Assembly: GCA_003646025.1 (NCBI GenBank)
Contig: QNDR01000003.1
Span: 1 to 59,299 of the forward strand
DNA: 59,299 nucleotides
DNA from: Candidatus Fermentibacterota bacterium
GTDB lineage: Bacteria > Fermentibacterota > Fermentibacteria > Fermentibacterales > JCC-6
Reading direction: 5' to 3'
Shown here piece by piece: positions 8,573-17,507 of this stretch (positions are counted from its first letter, which is position 1; each line of letters opens with the position of its first letter). A model generated the notes under the pieces. The model saw only the letters and a list, made by a program, of their open reading frames with translations, had not been told where the DNA came from and ran no database searches. The translations under genes were made by a program, and so were the position numbers.

Positions 8573-9557
8573 TCCACCTCACAACAATGCCACCCCAGGT
8601 AAGGCCGGCACCAAAAGCAGCCAGTACAACTTTGTAGCCTGGCTTTATTGTTCCATTGTGCAGAGCCTCATCCATGGCGATGGGAATAGAAGCACTGGAT
8701 GTGTTGCCGTACTGATCAATGTTTACATACACATCTTTCCACTCGAGTCTGAGAACCCTGGCAGTTGATTCGATGATTCTTACATTTGCCTGGTGCGAGA
8801 TAAGCAGGTTCACATCCTTGTAGGTAAGTCCATCCTCCTCCAGAGCTTTGAGAGCTGAATCTCTCATGGCTCTCACAGCACTCTTCATTATCTCTCCGCC
8901 AGCCATGTGAATCTTGTTGTCTTTGTTGTCTATGGCCTCGTGAGTAATTGGCTGCCTTGAACCGCTTGCAGGCAGATCGAGAAGATGACCGAGAGAACCG
9001 TCGCTGCCCCAGTGAAAACCACCAAGCAGTCCGCCCGGGCCCTCGCTGCCTATACAGGCTGCTCCGGCTCCGTCTCCGAACAGAACACAGGTGTTCCTGT
9101 CTTCCCAGTCGGTTATTGATGTGAGTTTTTCAGCACCTATCACAATAACTTTGTCAAGCAGACCGGAGGTAATAAATGCTTTTGCCTGTATCAGGCCGTA
9201 AATAAAGCCACTGCAGCCAGCCTCAAAGTCATAACATGGAACCTTGTTGAGACCAAGTCGGTCGGCAACAAGAGCTGCTGTATTTGGAAATGAATAATCC
9301 GGTGTTACCGTTCCAAGAAAAACAGCCTGTACATCCTCCGGCTTCCAGCCGGCGTCATCCATTGCTCTGCGGGCTGCTTCGTAGGACATATCACTGTTTG
9401 CCATATCATCTGGAGCAATATGGCGCTGCTTGATACCGGTTCTCGATGTTATCCATTCATCGTTCGTATCAACCATTTTGGAAAGGTCATCGTTTGTAAG
9501 AACAGGCTCCGGAGCAAAATGTCCTGTACCTTTGATATAGGCGTGTCGTTCATTCAA
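8559..9557 (-). CDS. fabH: 3-oxoacyl-ACP synthase III
   Basis: Cys-His-Asn triad context: [25 protein letters not shown]. Confidence 0.9.
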   Translation of the reverse strand: MNERHAYIKGTGHFAPEPVLTNDDLSKMVDTNDEWITSRTGIKQRHIAPDDMANSDMSYEAARRAMDDAGWKPEDVQAVFLGTVTPDYSFPNTAALVADRLGLNKVPCYDFEAGCSGFIYGLIQAKAFITSGLLDKVIVIGAEKLTSITDWEDRNTCVLFGDGAGAACIGSEGPGGLLGGFHWGSDGSLGHLLDLPASGSRQPITHEAIDNKDNKIHMAGGEIMKSAVRAMRDSALKALEEDGLTYKDVNLLISHQANVRIIESTARVLRLEWKDVYVNIDQYGNTSSASIPIAMDEALHNGTIKPGYKVVLAAFGAGLTWGGIVVRWSDES

Positions 9558-10593
9558 CAGCTTTTTCCTCCTCCATTAGTTCAGCCATCTTGTCTCTGAT
9601 GGCTTCTACTGCACCGCTACGCCTGAAATCGCAGGCAGCAGCAACAGCATTTCTTATAGCAAGTGCAGAAGAGCTTCCGTGGGCCACTATGGCAACCCCG
9701 TTAAGACCCAGAAGCGGTGCTCCTCCGTACTCGGCAGCATCAAATTTTTTCCAGAGTTTATTGAAGGACGGCTTCATAAACAGATAGCCCATCCTCGAGG
9801 TCCATTGTTTTTTCATTTCAAGATACAACGTGCCCCCTACCATAGACGCGATTGATTCGATGAATTTTACCAGAACGTTACCGGTGTAACCATCACACAC
9901 GACCACATCAGCATCACCCATCAATATTCCGTTCCCCTCTATGTTACCTGCAAAATTAAGAGGGGCTCTGGACAGCATTTTGTAAACTTCCTTGATGTCC
10001 GGTGGACCCTTGGAGGGTTCGCTGCCAACATTAAGCAGAGAAACCTTGGGCTTATCCACCCCAAATACGAGCTTTGAATAGATACTTCCCATAAAAGCGA
10101 ACTTATACAGAAGCTGGGGACGGCAGCCGACATTTGCCCCGACATCCACAAGGATTGTAGGGTTTCCGATGGTTGGAATTGTACTGGCAAGTGCGGGGCG
10201 GGAAATACCCTTGATCCTTCCCAGGGCAAACATACTGCTTGCCATCATTGCACCTGTGTTACCTGGGCTCACCATGGCGTTGGCTATACCCTGACGCTGA
10301 AGATTAGCCATAACAACCATTGAACTGTCTGGTTTCTGTTTCAGGGCCTCTGCCGGGTGATCATCCATTGAAATAACCTGGGAAGCATGCTCAATCTCAA
10401 TTGGATACTTCTGACCACCTGCACTGGAAAGCATCCGGGATATTGTATCCCGATGACCAACCAGTACTATCTTCACATTCTTCTGCGTTTTTCTGGAACT
10501 CTCCCTGAAAAACTTCACGGCCCCGTCAACAACTACACCGGGGCCGTGATCTCCACCCATGGCATCAAGTGCCACAACAACTGATTCAGCCAA
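9550..10593 (-). CDS. plsX: Phosphate acyltransferase PlsX
   Basis: ALDAMGGDHGP N-terminal motif; position directly downstream of rpmF. Confidence 0.95.
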   Translation of the reverse strand: MAESVVVALDAMGGDHGPGVVVDGAVKFFRESSRKTQKNVKIVLVGHRDTISRMLSSAGGQKYPIEIEHASQVISMDDHPAEALKQKPDSSMVVMANLQRQGIANAMVSPGNTGAMMASSMFALGRIKGISRPALASTIPTIGNPTILVDVGANVGCRPQLLYKFAFMGSIYSKLVFGVDKPKVSLLNVGSEPSKGPPDIKEVYKMLSRAPLNFAGNIEGNGILMGDADVVVCDGYTGNVLVKFIESIASMVGGTLYLEMKKQWTSRMGYLFMKPSFNKLWKKFDAAEYGGAPLLGLNGVAIVAHGSSSALAIRNAVAAACDFRRSGAVEAIRDKMAELMEEEKAVE

Positions 10594-10595
10594 GT

Positions 10596-10778
10596 TTAGT
10601 CTTCAACAGGCTCTGTAACCTGGCGGCCATTGTAATAACCGCAGTGCTTACAAACTCGGTGGGGCAGTCTTGGCTCGCCACACTGGGGACACACACTGGT
10701 AGATCTGGCTTCGATCTTCCAGTGAGTACGACCTTTGTCGCGCCTTGTGGAAGAGTGCCTTCTTTTTGGAACGGGCAT
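10596..10778 (-). CDS. rpmF: 50S ribosomal protein L32
   Basis: MPVPKRRHSSTRRDK... with CPQCG...CKHCG zinc-ribbon cysteines. Confidence 0.95.
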   Translation of the reverse strand: MPVPKRRHSSTRRDKGRTHWKIEARSTSVCPQCGEPRLPHRVCKHCGYYNGRQVTEPVED

Positions 10779-10810
10779 CTGGTTCTCACTTTCATCTATA
10801 CGCTCGAAGA

Positions 10811-11290
10811 TCAGGCTTCGAAACCGTGTTTACATTCTTCAAAATTACGATTAATTCCGCAGACTGGACACAACCCCCTGCAATCTGGCTTGCAGAGCGG
10901 CATTGCCGGCAGGGAAAAAATAATCGCCTCTCGAACGGGGTCTAATATACAAACTGTTCCGTCATTGTGCGAGACCGGTTCAACTTCGGGGTCTGAAAGC
11001 ATATCCGGGTTCCACGAATACATTCTTTCAATTTCCTCTGTAACCGTGAAAACAACAGGTGCCAGACATCTGGCGCAGGGTACGGTAAACTCTGCCTCAA
11101 GAAATCCTTTTACTATAATTTCATACTCGGTTCTAACAATATCGAGATCAAGAATACCCTCCTCAGAACTGAGTTCCGCATCGGGAATATCCCATGGGAC
11201 TTTGTTCATCTGTATTGTAAACGATTCTCTGGTTGTTCCTCTGGGAATAGAGTTAATGGGAATAGACAGTGTTTCTTCAATGAGCCTCAT
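10811..11290 (-). CDS. yceD: YceD/DUF177 family protein
   Basis: Conserved position upstream of rpmF. C-terminal CKPDCRGLCPVCG cysteine cluster. Start at the internal ATG 11290 (MRLIEETL...) gives a 14-nt overlap with the upstream gene. Confidence 0.75.
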   Translation of the reverse strand: MRLIEETLSIPINSIPRGTTRESFTIQMNKVPWDIPDAELSSEEGILDLDIVRTEYEIIVKGFLEAEFTVPCARCLAPVVFTVTEEIERMYSWNPDMLSDPEVEPVSHNDGTVCILDPVREAIIFSLPAMPLCKPDCRGLCPVCGINRNFEECKHGFEA

Positions 11291-12683
11291 GGGTGTTTCC
11301 TCTGAATTCTTCAGCCAGCGCCTCGGCGATTCTCCTGTTCTCTCCAGCGTCTGTGGATTGAACATAAATTCTGGCCAGCGGTTCCGTTCCACTCAATCTC
11401 ACAAGCACCCAGGTATTTTCATCAAACACAAGCTGAACACCATCTGTTCTGTCGATACTCTTCACTGGAAGTCCTGCGGCATATTTTTTATCTGATTTAA
11501 ACAGATTCTCCAGAATGTAGTGTTTCATAACCGGGTCAAGAGGAAGATCAAGTCTGGTGTTAAAGTACCGTCCGTGCCTGCTCCAGAGCTTCTGCAAAAG
11601 AGAGCCGAGGCCCTCGCCGTAGTGACAAACAATCTCGCTGGCCAGAAGCCCTGCCAGAACACCGTCTTTTTCGGGAATGTGTGTTCCCAGTGAAAGCCCT
11701 CCGCTTTCCTCGCCTGCAAGCAGAACACCACCTGCAAGAATCTCCGCACCAAGATACTTGAAACCCACAGGGGTAACTTTGACCTCAAGCCCTCTTGCCT
11801 CAGCCACCCTGTCCAGAAGGCTGCCTGTTGTTATCGAACGGACAACCCTTCCCCGATGCCCGGACTCCGCCAGATAGTCGACCAGAAGAGCCATGAAGTC
11901 GGGAGGGGTAATGTAGTTCCCGTTCTCATCCACAATGCCGAACCTGTCTGCATCACCATCGGTTGCAACACCCAGCGAAGCTCCGCTTCTTACCACACTC
12001 TGTGACAAATCCGAAAGATGCTGTTCGTTGGGCTCCGGGTGCTGGCGCCCGGCAAAAAGCGGGTCACGCCTTCCGTTAAGAACTCTGACAGAAGCTCCAA
12101 GCTCTATGAGCTTCTTGTCAAGTACACCGCTCCCTGCACCGCTGAAAGCATCGTAAACAACCCTGAGAGAATCTGCTTTCCGGAAAACTTCCGGTTTTAT
12201 AAACTCGTCGATGTCTTTCAGATACGGAGTGATAAAGTCAACAACTTTTACGGAACCGCCGGTACTGCTGTCTGGAACTTTGCCTGCGGCAACCAGTTCT
12301 TCTATTCTGGAAGTATCTTTCCCATCTGCAGGACCGCCGTGAAAAGGACTGAACTTGATACCGTTGTACACAGGCGGGTTGTGACTGGCTGTGAAATTAA
12401 TAACACCTCCAAGACTAAGTCTCCTGCAGGCGTGAGACAACACAGGTGTCGGTACACTTCTTTCGGAGAGATACACATCAAAACCGTACCCTGCCAGTCT
12501 GTGGGCAGTTGCCTCTGCCAGCTCCGGGGAAAGGAAACGGCAGTCACCGCCAACGGCTATTGTTCTGTATCCTGTTTCCAGCAACCTGACTGCAACGGCA
12601 TCTGCCACTGCCATAGCCCTGTCCCAGGTAAACTCCCTGGAGATGACACCCCTCCAGCCGGATGTACCAAATTTAATAACCAT
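11277..12683 (-). CDS. Phosphoglucomutase/phosphomannomutase family protein
   Basis: KFGTSGWRG N-terminus, phosphoserine loop TASHNPPVYNGIKF, and metal loop ATDGDADR. Confidence 0.85.
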   Translation of the reverse strand: MVIKFGTSGWRGVISREFTWDRAMAVADAVAVRLLETGYRTIAVGGDCRFLSPELAEATAHRLAGYGFDVYLSERSVPTPVLSHACRRLSLGGVINFTASHNPPVYNGIKFSPFHGGPADGKDTSRIEELVAAGKVPDSSTGGSVKVVDFITPYLKDIDEFIKPEVFRKADSLRVVYDAFSGAGSGVLDKKLIELGASVRVLNGRRDPLFAGRQHPEPNEQHLSDLSQSVVRSGASLGVATDGDADRFGIVDENGNYITPPDFMALLVDYLAESGHRGRVVRSITTGSLLDRVAEARGLEVKVTPVGFKYLGAEILAGGVLLAGEESGGLSLGTHIPEKDGVLAGLLASEIVCHYGEGLGSLLQKLWSRHGRYFNTRLDLPLDPVMKHYILENLFKSDKKYAAGLPVKSIDRTDGVQLVFDENTWVLVRLSGTEPLARIYVQSTDAGENRRIAEALAEEFRGNTHEAH

Positions 12684-12685
12684 GA

Positions 12686-14179
12686 CTAATTATCCTCCGT
12701 AAGAAACTCAACAGCGCGGCGAATAGTATCATCATGTGGGGCAGTAACTTCGTAATAGTGGTTCACAGGCCACTCTCGAAGGGCAATTTCACGGAGAAGT
12801 GCCCTCTCTATGTAAGCTTTGCTATCGGTAAACTCCTCATCCGTATAGTCAATTCCCTCTGCATCCATATACTCTCTGAAAGACCGCAAAACAGTTTCAT
12901 CCGGCCAGAAATCCTCTGAAACTTCATTTTCAAGGGTGTAATCAACAGCGAAGCTGAAAAAATGTCCGTCAAGCTCCAGCTCGGCAACAAGAGCCACACC
13001 GAAAGAATCCGGTTCCACTGTTATATCCGGAATGATACCCCAGGTCTCTTCCGCACCGGATTCCATAAAGTCATCCCGCAGGGTTCTATCAATGCTGTTA
13101 CCGTTGGGTGTGTAATATCTTGCGGTGGTAAGTTTAACACCGTAATGCCCGAGACCCGGATAATCCCCGAGATCGGACAGGGACTGCACAGACCCCTTCC
13201 CGAAAGTTCTGGTTCCTATCAGAGTCGCGGCGTGCTGATCCTGAAGAGCACCTGCCAGGATCTCAGAAGAACTGGCACTGCCTCCGTCCACAAGAAGAAC
13301 CAGGTCACCGCTGTACAGAACACCTCTTCCTGTTCTGTATGTGTACTCACCCACAGCCTGCCCCCTTGTGGTAACCACAACTGCACCTGCCGGCAGAAAA
13401 ATGTCTGCTACATCAATAGAAGGTAGCATCAGACCGCCGGGATTTCCCCGGAGATCAAGAATCATGTTCTCTGCTCCCTGACTGCGCAGCTCTGAGATGG
13501 CATCGTAAACCTCTTTGGCAGATTCCTCGCTGAACCTGGAGAGACGCACGTATCCAATTCCCGGTTCCACCATGAAACTTGCGGAAACCGAGGGGAAGTC
13601 AATAACATCCCTCTCGATCGGGAACACTATGGGCTCTTCCATTCCAGGTCTTTCCACTGTGAGATTCACCACCGTACCCCCTGGACCTCTGATAAAAGAA
13701 ACCGCCTCGGTGGTTGTTATTCCTTCTGTGGACATACTGTCTATTTTTACAATACGATCGCCGGCCTTCATTCCTGCCCTGTAGGCAGGAGTTCCTTCAA
13801 TGGGAGAGATAACGGTGAGCCAGTTATCACGCTGCCCCAGAGTGATACCTACACCTTCAAAAGACCCTTCAAGCTGTATCTGCAGGTTCTCGAATTCTTC
13901 AGGAGTAAGAAGTACACTGTTGGGATCAAGAGATTGCAGCATTCCCTGCAGCGCTTCCTCTACAAGCTCCCGGCTCTCCAGAGTATCCACATAAGAAGAC
14001 CTGGTAATACCGTAAACATCAAAAAACAGCTCAAGAGAAGAGGCTCTCGCTGCCGGCGTCTCTTCGCTACCAGCGTGGGCAACCGGCGGAAGGCCAAGCA
14101 CCAGCGCTGTTGTTAGAAGCAGCATCCCCGTAGTAACAGCAATCCATCCCGGCACAAGGTCTTTCATATTATCAATCAC
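12686..14179 (-). CDS. Carboxyl-terminal processing (S41) peptidase with PDZ domain
   Basis: N-terminal TM/signal, PDZ region (GMKAGDRIVKID), GNPGG, SASSSEILAGALQD and TFGKGSVQ motifs. ATGA overlap with the tmk stop. Confidence 0.9.
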   Translation of the reverse strand: MIDNMKDLVPGWIAVTTGMLLLTTALVLGLPPVAHAGSEETPAARASSLELFFDVYGITRSSYVDTLESRELVEEALQGMLQSLDPNSVLLTPEEFENLQIQLEGSFEGVGITLGQRDNWLTVISPIEGTPAYRAGMKAGDRIVKIDSMSTEGITTTEAVSFIRGPGGTVVNLTVERPGMEEPIVFPIERDVIDFPSVSASFMVEPGIGYVRLSRFSEESAKEVYDAISELRSQGAENMILDLRGNPGGLMLPSIDVADIFLPAGAVVVTTRGQAVGEYTYRTGRGVLYSGDLVLLVDGGSASSSEILAGALQDQHAATLIGTRTFGKGSVQSLSDLGDYPGLGHYGVKLTTARYYTPNGNSIDRTLRDDFMESGAEETWGIIPDITVEPDSFGVALVAELELDGHFFSFAVDYTLENEVSEDFWPDETVLRSFREYMDAEGIDYTDEEFTDSKAYIERALLREIALREWPVNHYYEVTAPHDDTIRRAVEFLTEDN

Positions 14180-14805
14180 CCTTCTGTATTCAGTCTTCTG
14201 AGAACTTCGTTCAGTATCGCCGAGTCCTGCTTTTTCTCCTCCTGCATACCATCTACAACCAGAAAGCGTTCCGGCTCCTTCTCTGCAAGGGCGAGGTAAC
14301 CTGTTCTTACTTTCCTGTGAAAAGAAAGATGCTCCATCTCAATCCGGTCAAGCTTTCTGCCGGACAGATTCATCCTTCTGAAACCCTCCTCAGGGTCAAG
14401 ATCCATAAGAACAGTCAGATCCGGGTTCAAACCACCTGTGGCCAGGCTGTTCGCCCTTCTCATTTCATCAACAGGAAGATCTCTGCCCCAGCCCTGATAA
14501 GCAAAGGTTGCATCACTGAATCTGTCACACAACACAATGCCTCCCCTTTGCAGACCAGGAAGAATAACTTTCTCTACATTTGCAGCTCTGCTGGCAAAGT
14601 AAAGCATCAACTCCGACAGAGGAGGAATGTCCAGCTCAGGGTTAAGGAGGATCGATCTTATCCGCTCTGAAACATCAGGCCCGCCAGGTTCCCGGGTGAA
14701 AACGACCTCCCGCCCGGTAACCTGAAGAGCCTGTATAAGATTTCTGCATCTGGAGGACTTGCCCGAGCCTTCCACGCCCTCAAAGGTTACGAAAAGTCCG
14801 GGCAA
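14176..14805 (-). CDS. tmk: Thymidylate kinase
   Basis: P-loop FVTFEGVEGSGKSS. I place the start at TTG 14805, 14 nt after the ino1 stop, which gives a typical length of ~210 aa. The ORF-track ATG at 14868 would overlap ino1 by 50 nt and add a basic tail with no homology. Confidence 0.8.
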   Translation of the reverse strand: MPGLFVTFEGVEGSGKSSRCRNLIQALQVTGREVVFTREPGGPDVSERIRSILLNPELDIPPLSELMLYFASRAANVEKVILPGLQRGGIVLCDRFSDATFAYQGWGRDLPVDEMRRANSLATGGLNPDLTVLMDLDPEEGFRRMNLSGRKLDRIEMEHLSFHRKVRTGYLALAEKEPERFLVVDGMQEEKKQDSAILNEVLRRLNTEG

Positions 14806-14818
14806 TTTGTCTCTCTTT

Positions 14819-15928
14819 CTACTTCTTTTCAGCTTTGCCGTTGGCTTTCTTGTTACCGTAGGTGGCAATGTACTCTTCTGTCATTCTGTGACACTCATCA
14901 TCGTAGTACTGCACAGGAGGAGACTTGAAGAAATAGCTTGACGGGGCTTCAATTGAACCGCTGAGACCGTTGTCCAGAGCGAGCTTTGCACAGCGGACAG
15001 CATCGATAATAACACCTGCGCTGTTGGGGCTGTCCCAGACCTCAAGTTTGGCCTCTATGTTGAGAGGAACGTCACCGAAGCTGGTTCCTTCCATGCGGAT
15101 GTAGCACCACTTTCTGTCATCCAGCCACTCGATGTAGTCACTGGGACCGATGTGGACATTCCGAGGGGCAATTCCGCCTGGAATCTGGCTGGTAACAGCG
15201 TTGGTTTTGCTGATCTTCTTCGATTCAAGACGCTCGCGCTCAAGCATATTGAGGAAATCGGTGTTTCCTCCGACATTAAGCTGGTAGGTACGGTCAAGCC
15301 TTACACCGCGGTCTTCAAAAAGCCTGGTCATAACACGGTGAAGGATGGTTGCGCCAACCTGACTCTTGATATCGTCTCCCATAACAGGAAGGTTTCTGTC
15401 ACGGAAGCGTTTCTGCCAGTACGGCTCACGGGCGATAAACACAGGAATAGCGTTAACAAAAGCGCACCCGGCTTCAAGAATCTGTTCAACGTACCACTTG
15501 GTTGCCTCTTCACTGCCTACAGGCAGGTAACTTACAACAACGTCAGTTTTTGTTTCTTTAAGAATGCTTACGATATCTGCTGTTGGCCCAGGAGCCTTTT
15601 CAATTACAGGCTTGAGGTACTTGCCTATTCCGTCGTGTGTCATACCTCTGCTGACGGTAACTCCAATTTTCGGGACATCACAGAGCTTGATAGTGCAGTT
15701 GGGGTCAGCATAAATAGCTTCGCTGAGATCTTTTCCAACCTTTGTGGCGTTGATATCAAATGCTGCCACAAACTCTACATCCTTCACATGGTATCCACCG
15801 AGATTCACATGCATAAGACCAGGAACCTTGTCCTCATCTTTAGCATTCTTGTAGTACTCTACCCCCTGGACAAGACTGCTTGCACAGTTGCCCACTCCGA
15901 TAATAGCCACTCTAACTTTTTTTGACAT
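14819..15928 (-). CDS. ino1: myo-Inositol-1-phosphate synthase
   Basis: [23 protein letters not shown] closely matches the N-terminus of bacterial (mycobacterial-type) Ino1 as I remember it. The ~370 aa length fits. Confidence 0.85.
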   Translation of the reverse strand: MSKKVRVAIIGVGNCASSLVQGVEYYKNAKDEDKVPGLMHVNLGGYHVKDVEFVAAFDINATKVGKDLSEAIYADPNCTIKLCDVPKIGVTVSRGMTHDGIGKYLKPVIEKAPGPTADIVSILKETKTDVVVSYLPVGSEEATKWYVEQILEAGCAFVNAIPVFIAREPYWQKRFRDRNLPVMGDDIKSQVGATILHRVMTRLFEDRGVRLDRTYQLNVGGNTDFLNMLERERLESKKISKTNAVTSQIPGGIAPRNVHIGPSDYIEWLDDRKWCYIRMEGTSFGDVPLNIEAKLEVWDSPNSAGVIIDAVRCAKLALDNGLSGSIEAPSSYFFKSPPVQYYDDECHRMTEEYIATYGNKKANGKAEKK

Positions 15929-15976
15929 TCAAAATCCTCCCTCGAAGGGTATAATGTTGCAGGGATAAAGATGCCC

Positions 15977-16564
15977 CTAGTCCAGAGGAATCCCTTTCCC
16001 GTCCCGTGTAACTTTCAACAACCTCTGCAAGGCGGTAAACCAGGAGCCGGCAGCAATAATGGCACAGCTCCAGACTATAACCGCGGTTCCCCAGAAAGCT
16101 GAAAATACTATACCGGCAATAACCAGCACCAGTCTTTCTGTTCTGGTGAACAGCCCAACCCTGCAATCAATACCAAGCCCCTCGGCACGGGCTCGAACAT
16201 AGCTTACAAGAAGCGAACCGCCCATAGCCGCAGGAATAATATACAACAAGCTATCATGTTCACTTCCGGCTTTTCCGGCAAGCACTGCAGTCAGAACAAC
16301 AATTTCCCCTACCCTGTCCATGACTGAATCAAGGGCAGCACCTGCTTTGGATGAAGAGTTTGTCAACCTGGCGATACTGCCGTCCACTGCATCAAACAGG
16401 CTGCCGAGAATAAGAATGGCTCCTCCTGTCAGGTAGTTTCCTTTCCACACAAAATACGAAGCTGTAACGGTAATAAGAAGCCCGGAGATGGTGGCAGCTG
16501 CCGGAGTAACCCCCAGCTTTACAAGAAAAGGAATTACCGGACGAAGCAGCCCTTTGAATGCCAT
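15977..16564 (-). CDS. CDP-alcohol phosphatidyltransferase (candidate phosphatidylinositol-phosphate synthase)
   Basis: DAVDGSIARLTNSSSKAGAALDSVMDRVGE matches D-x2-DG-x2-AR-x8-G-x3-D-x3-D. Polytopic membrane protein. Start at the internal ATG 16564 (MAFKGLL...), just after the rsmI stop. Confidence 0.8.
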   Translation of the reverse strand: MAFKGLLRPVIPFLVKLGVTPAAATISGLLITVTASYFVWKGNYLTGGAILILGSLFDAVDGSIARLTNSSSKAGAALDSVMDRVGEIVVLTAVLAGKAGSEHDSLLYIIPAAMGGSLLVSYVRARAEGLGIDCRVGLFTRTERLVLVIAGIVFSAFWGTAVIVWSCAIIAAGSWFTALQRLLKVTRDGKGIPLD

Positions 16565-16581
16565 TCTCACTTTGTGAAGGT

Positions 16582-17262
16582 TCAACCTGAAGCTCCTTCC
16601 ACCACAAGAGTTATTTCCCCGCGGGGAGCCGCAGAGGTGTATTTCTCCAGAAGACCGGAAAGAGTGCCGCGCACAATTTCCTCGTGAAGCTTGGTCAATT
16701 CCCGCGCAACACAGCATCTTCTGTCACCAAAAACAGAAAGCAGAGCCTCGAGTACTGAAGACAGGTGATGCGGCCCCACATAGTAAACAACGGTACCTGT
16801 ATATCCGACCATCTGTTCAATCCTGCGCCGCCTTCTTCCTTTTTTGAAGGGAAGAAACCCCTCAAAAGCAAACCTGTCAGTGGGCAGTCCCGAAACGACA
16901 AGAGCCATTATAACCGCTGAAGGACCGGGAATCATAGTTACTTCAGCTCCGATTTCAACTGCGAGACCAACTGCCCTGTAAGCGGGGTCAGACACGCCGG
17001 GGGTTCCGGCGTCACTTGCCATAGCCACAGTTGCCCCCTGAAGAAGAAATTGTTTTATCTGCGGCAATCTGCCCTGTATGTTGTGATCATGACAACTGTA
17101 AAGCCTTTTGCGGTCAGGAACAAACCTGCCTGTCCGCCTGGTGTCCTCGGCCATTACCACATCAGCAGTGCTCAGCACCTCCTGTGCTCTGGGAGACATG
17201 TCTTCCAGATTACCGATTGGTGTTGCAACCAGTATCAGTTTACCCGCAGAATCCGGTTTCAA
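16582..17262 (-). CDS. rsmI: 16S rRNA (cytidine1402-2'-O)-methyltransferase
   Basis: LILVATPIGNLEDMSPRAQEVL...AEDTRRTG, tetrapyrrole-methylase fold. A likely TTG start at 17262 forms a TTGA overlap with the upstream stop. The ORF-track start at 17400 overlaps the DUF3006 gene. Confidence 0.85.
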   Translation of the reverse strand: MKPDSAGKLILVATPIGNLEDMSPRAQEVLSTADVVMAEDTRRTGRFVPDRKRLYSCHDHNIQGRLPQIKQFLLQGATVAMASDAGTPGVSDPAYRAVGLAVEIGAEVTMIPGPSAVIMALVVSGLPTDRFAFEGFLPFKKGRRRRRIEQMVGYTGTVVYYVGPHHLSSVLEALLSVFGDRRCCVARELTKLHEEIVRGTLSGLLEKYTSAAPRGEITLVVEGASG

Positions 17263-17507
17263 CGATTCTCCAGACCCGACCGGAGATTTCTGATCCGCTC
17301 CAGCCTTGAGCTGGTTGCCTGTTTGTTGTTTTCCAGAGTCACGGTCATTGTCATTCCCTCTGTAACACCGGCAGGCAGATAAGACTCGGGAAGATGCCAC
17401 TGAAACCCTCCAGGAGCCAGAATAACGGCAATACCCTCTTCTATTCTGTCTAAATCAACGTTGAAACTACTCTCCCGGTTCCTGACCATGCCAGATACCT
17501 CCTCCAA
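17259..17507 (-). CDS. DUF3006-like small protein
   Basis: DRIEEGIAVILAPGG...LPAGVTEGMTMTV resembles the DRIEg.yAV...lP..akEGd pattern of DUF3006, recalled from memory. Confidence 0.55.
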   Translation of the reverse strand: MEEVSGMVRNRESSFNVDLDRIEEGIAVILAPGGFQWHLPESYLPAGVTEGMTMTVTLENNKQATSSRLERIRNLRSGLENR

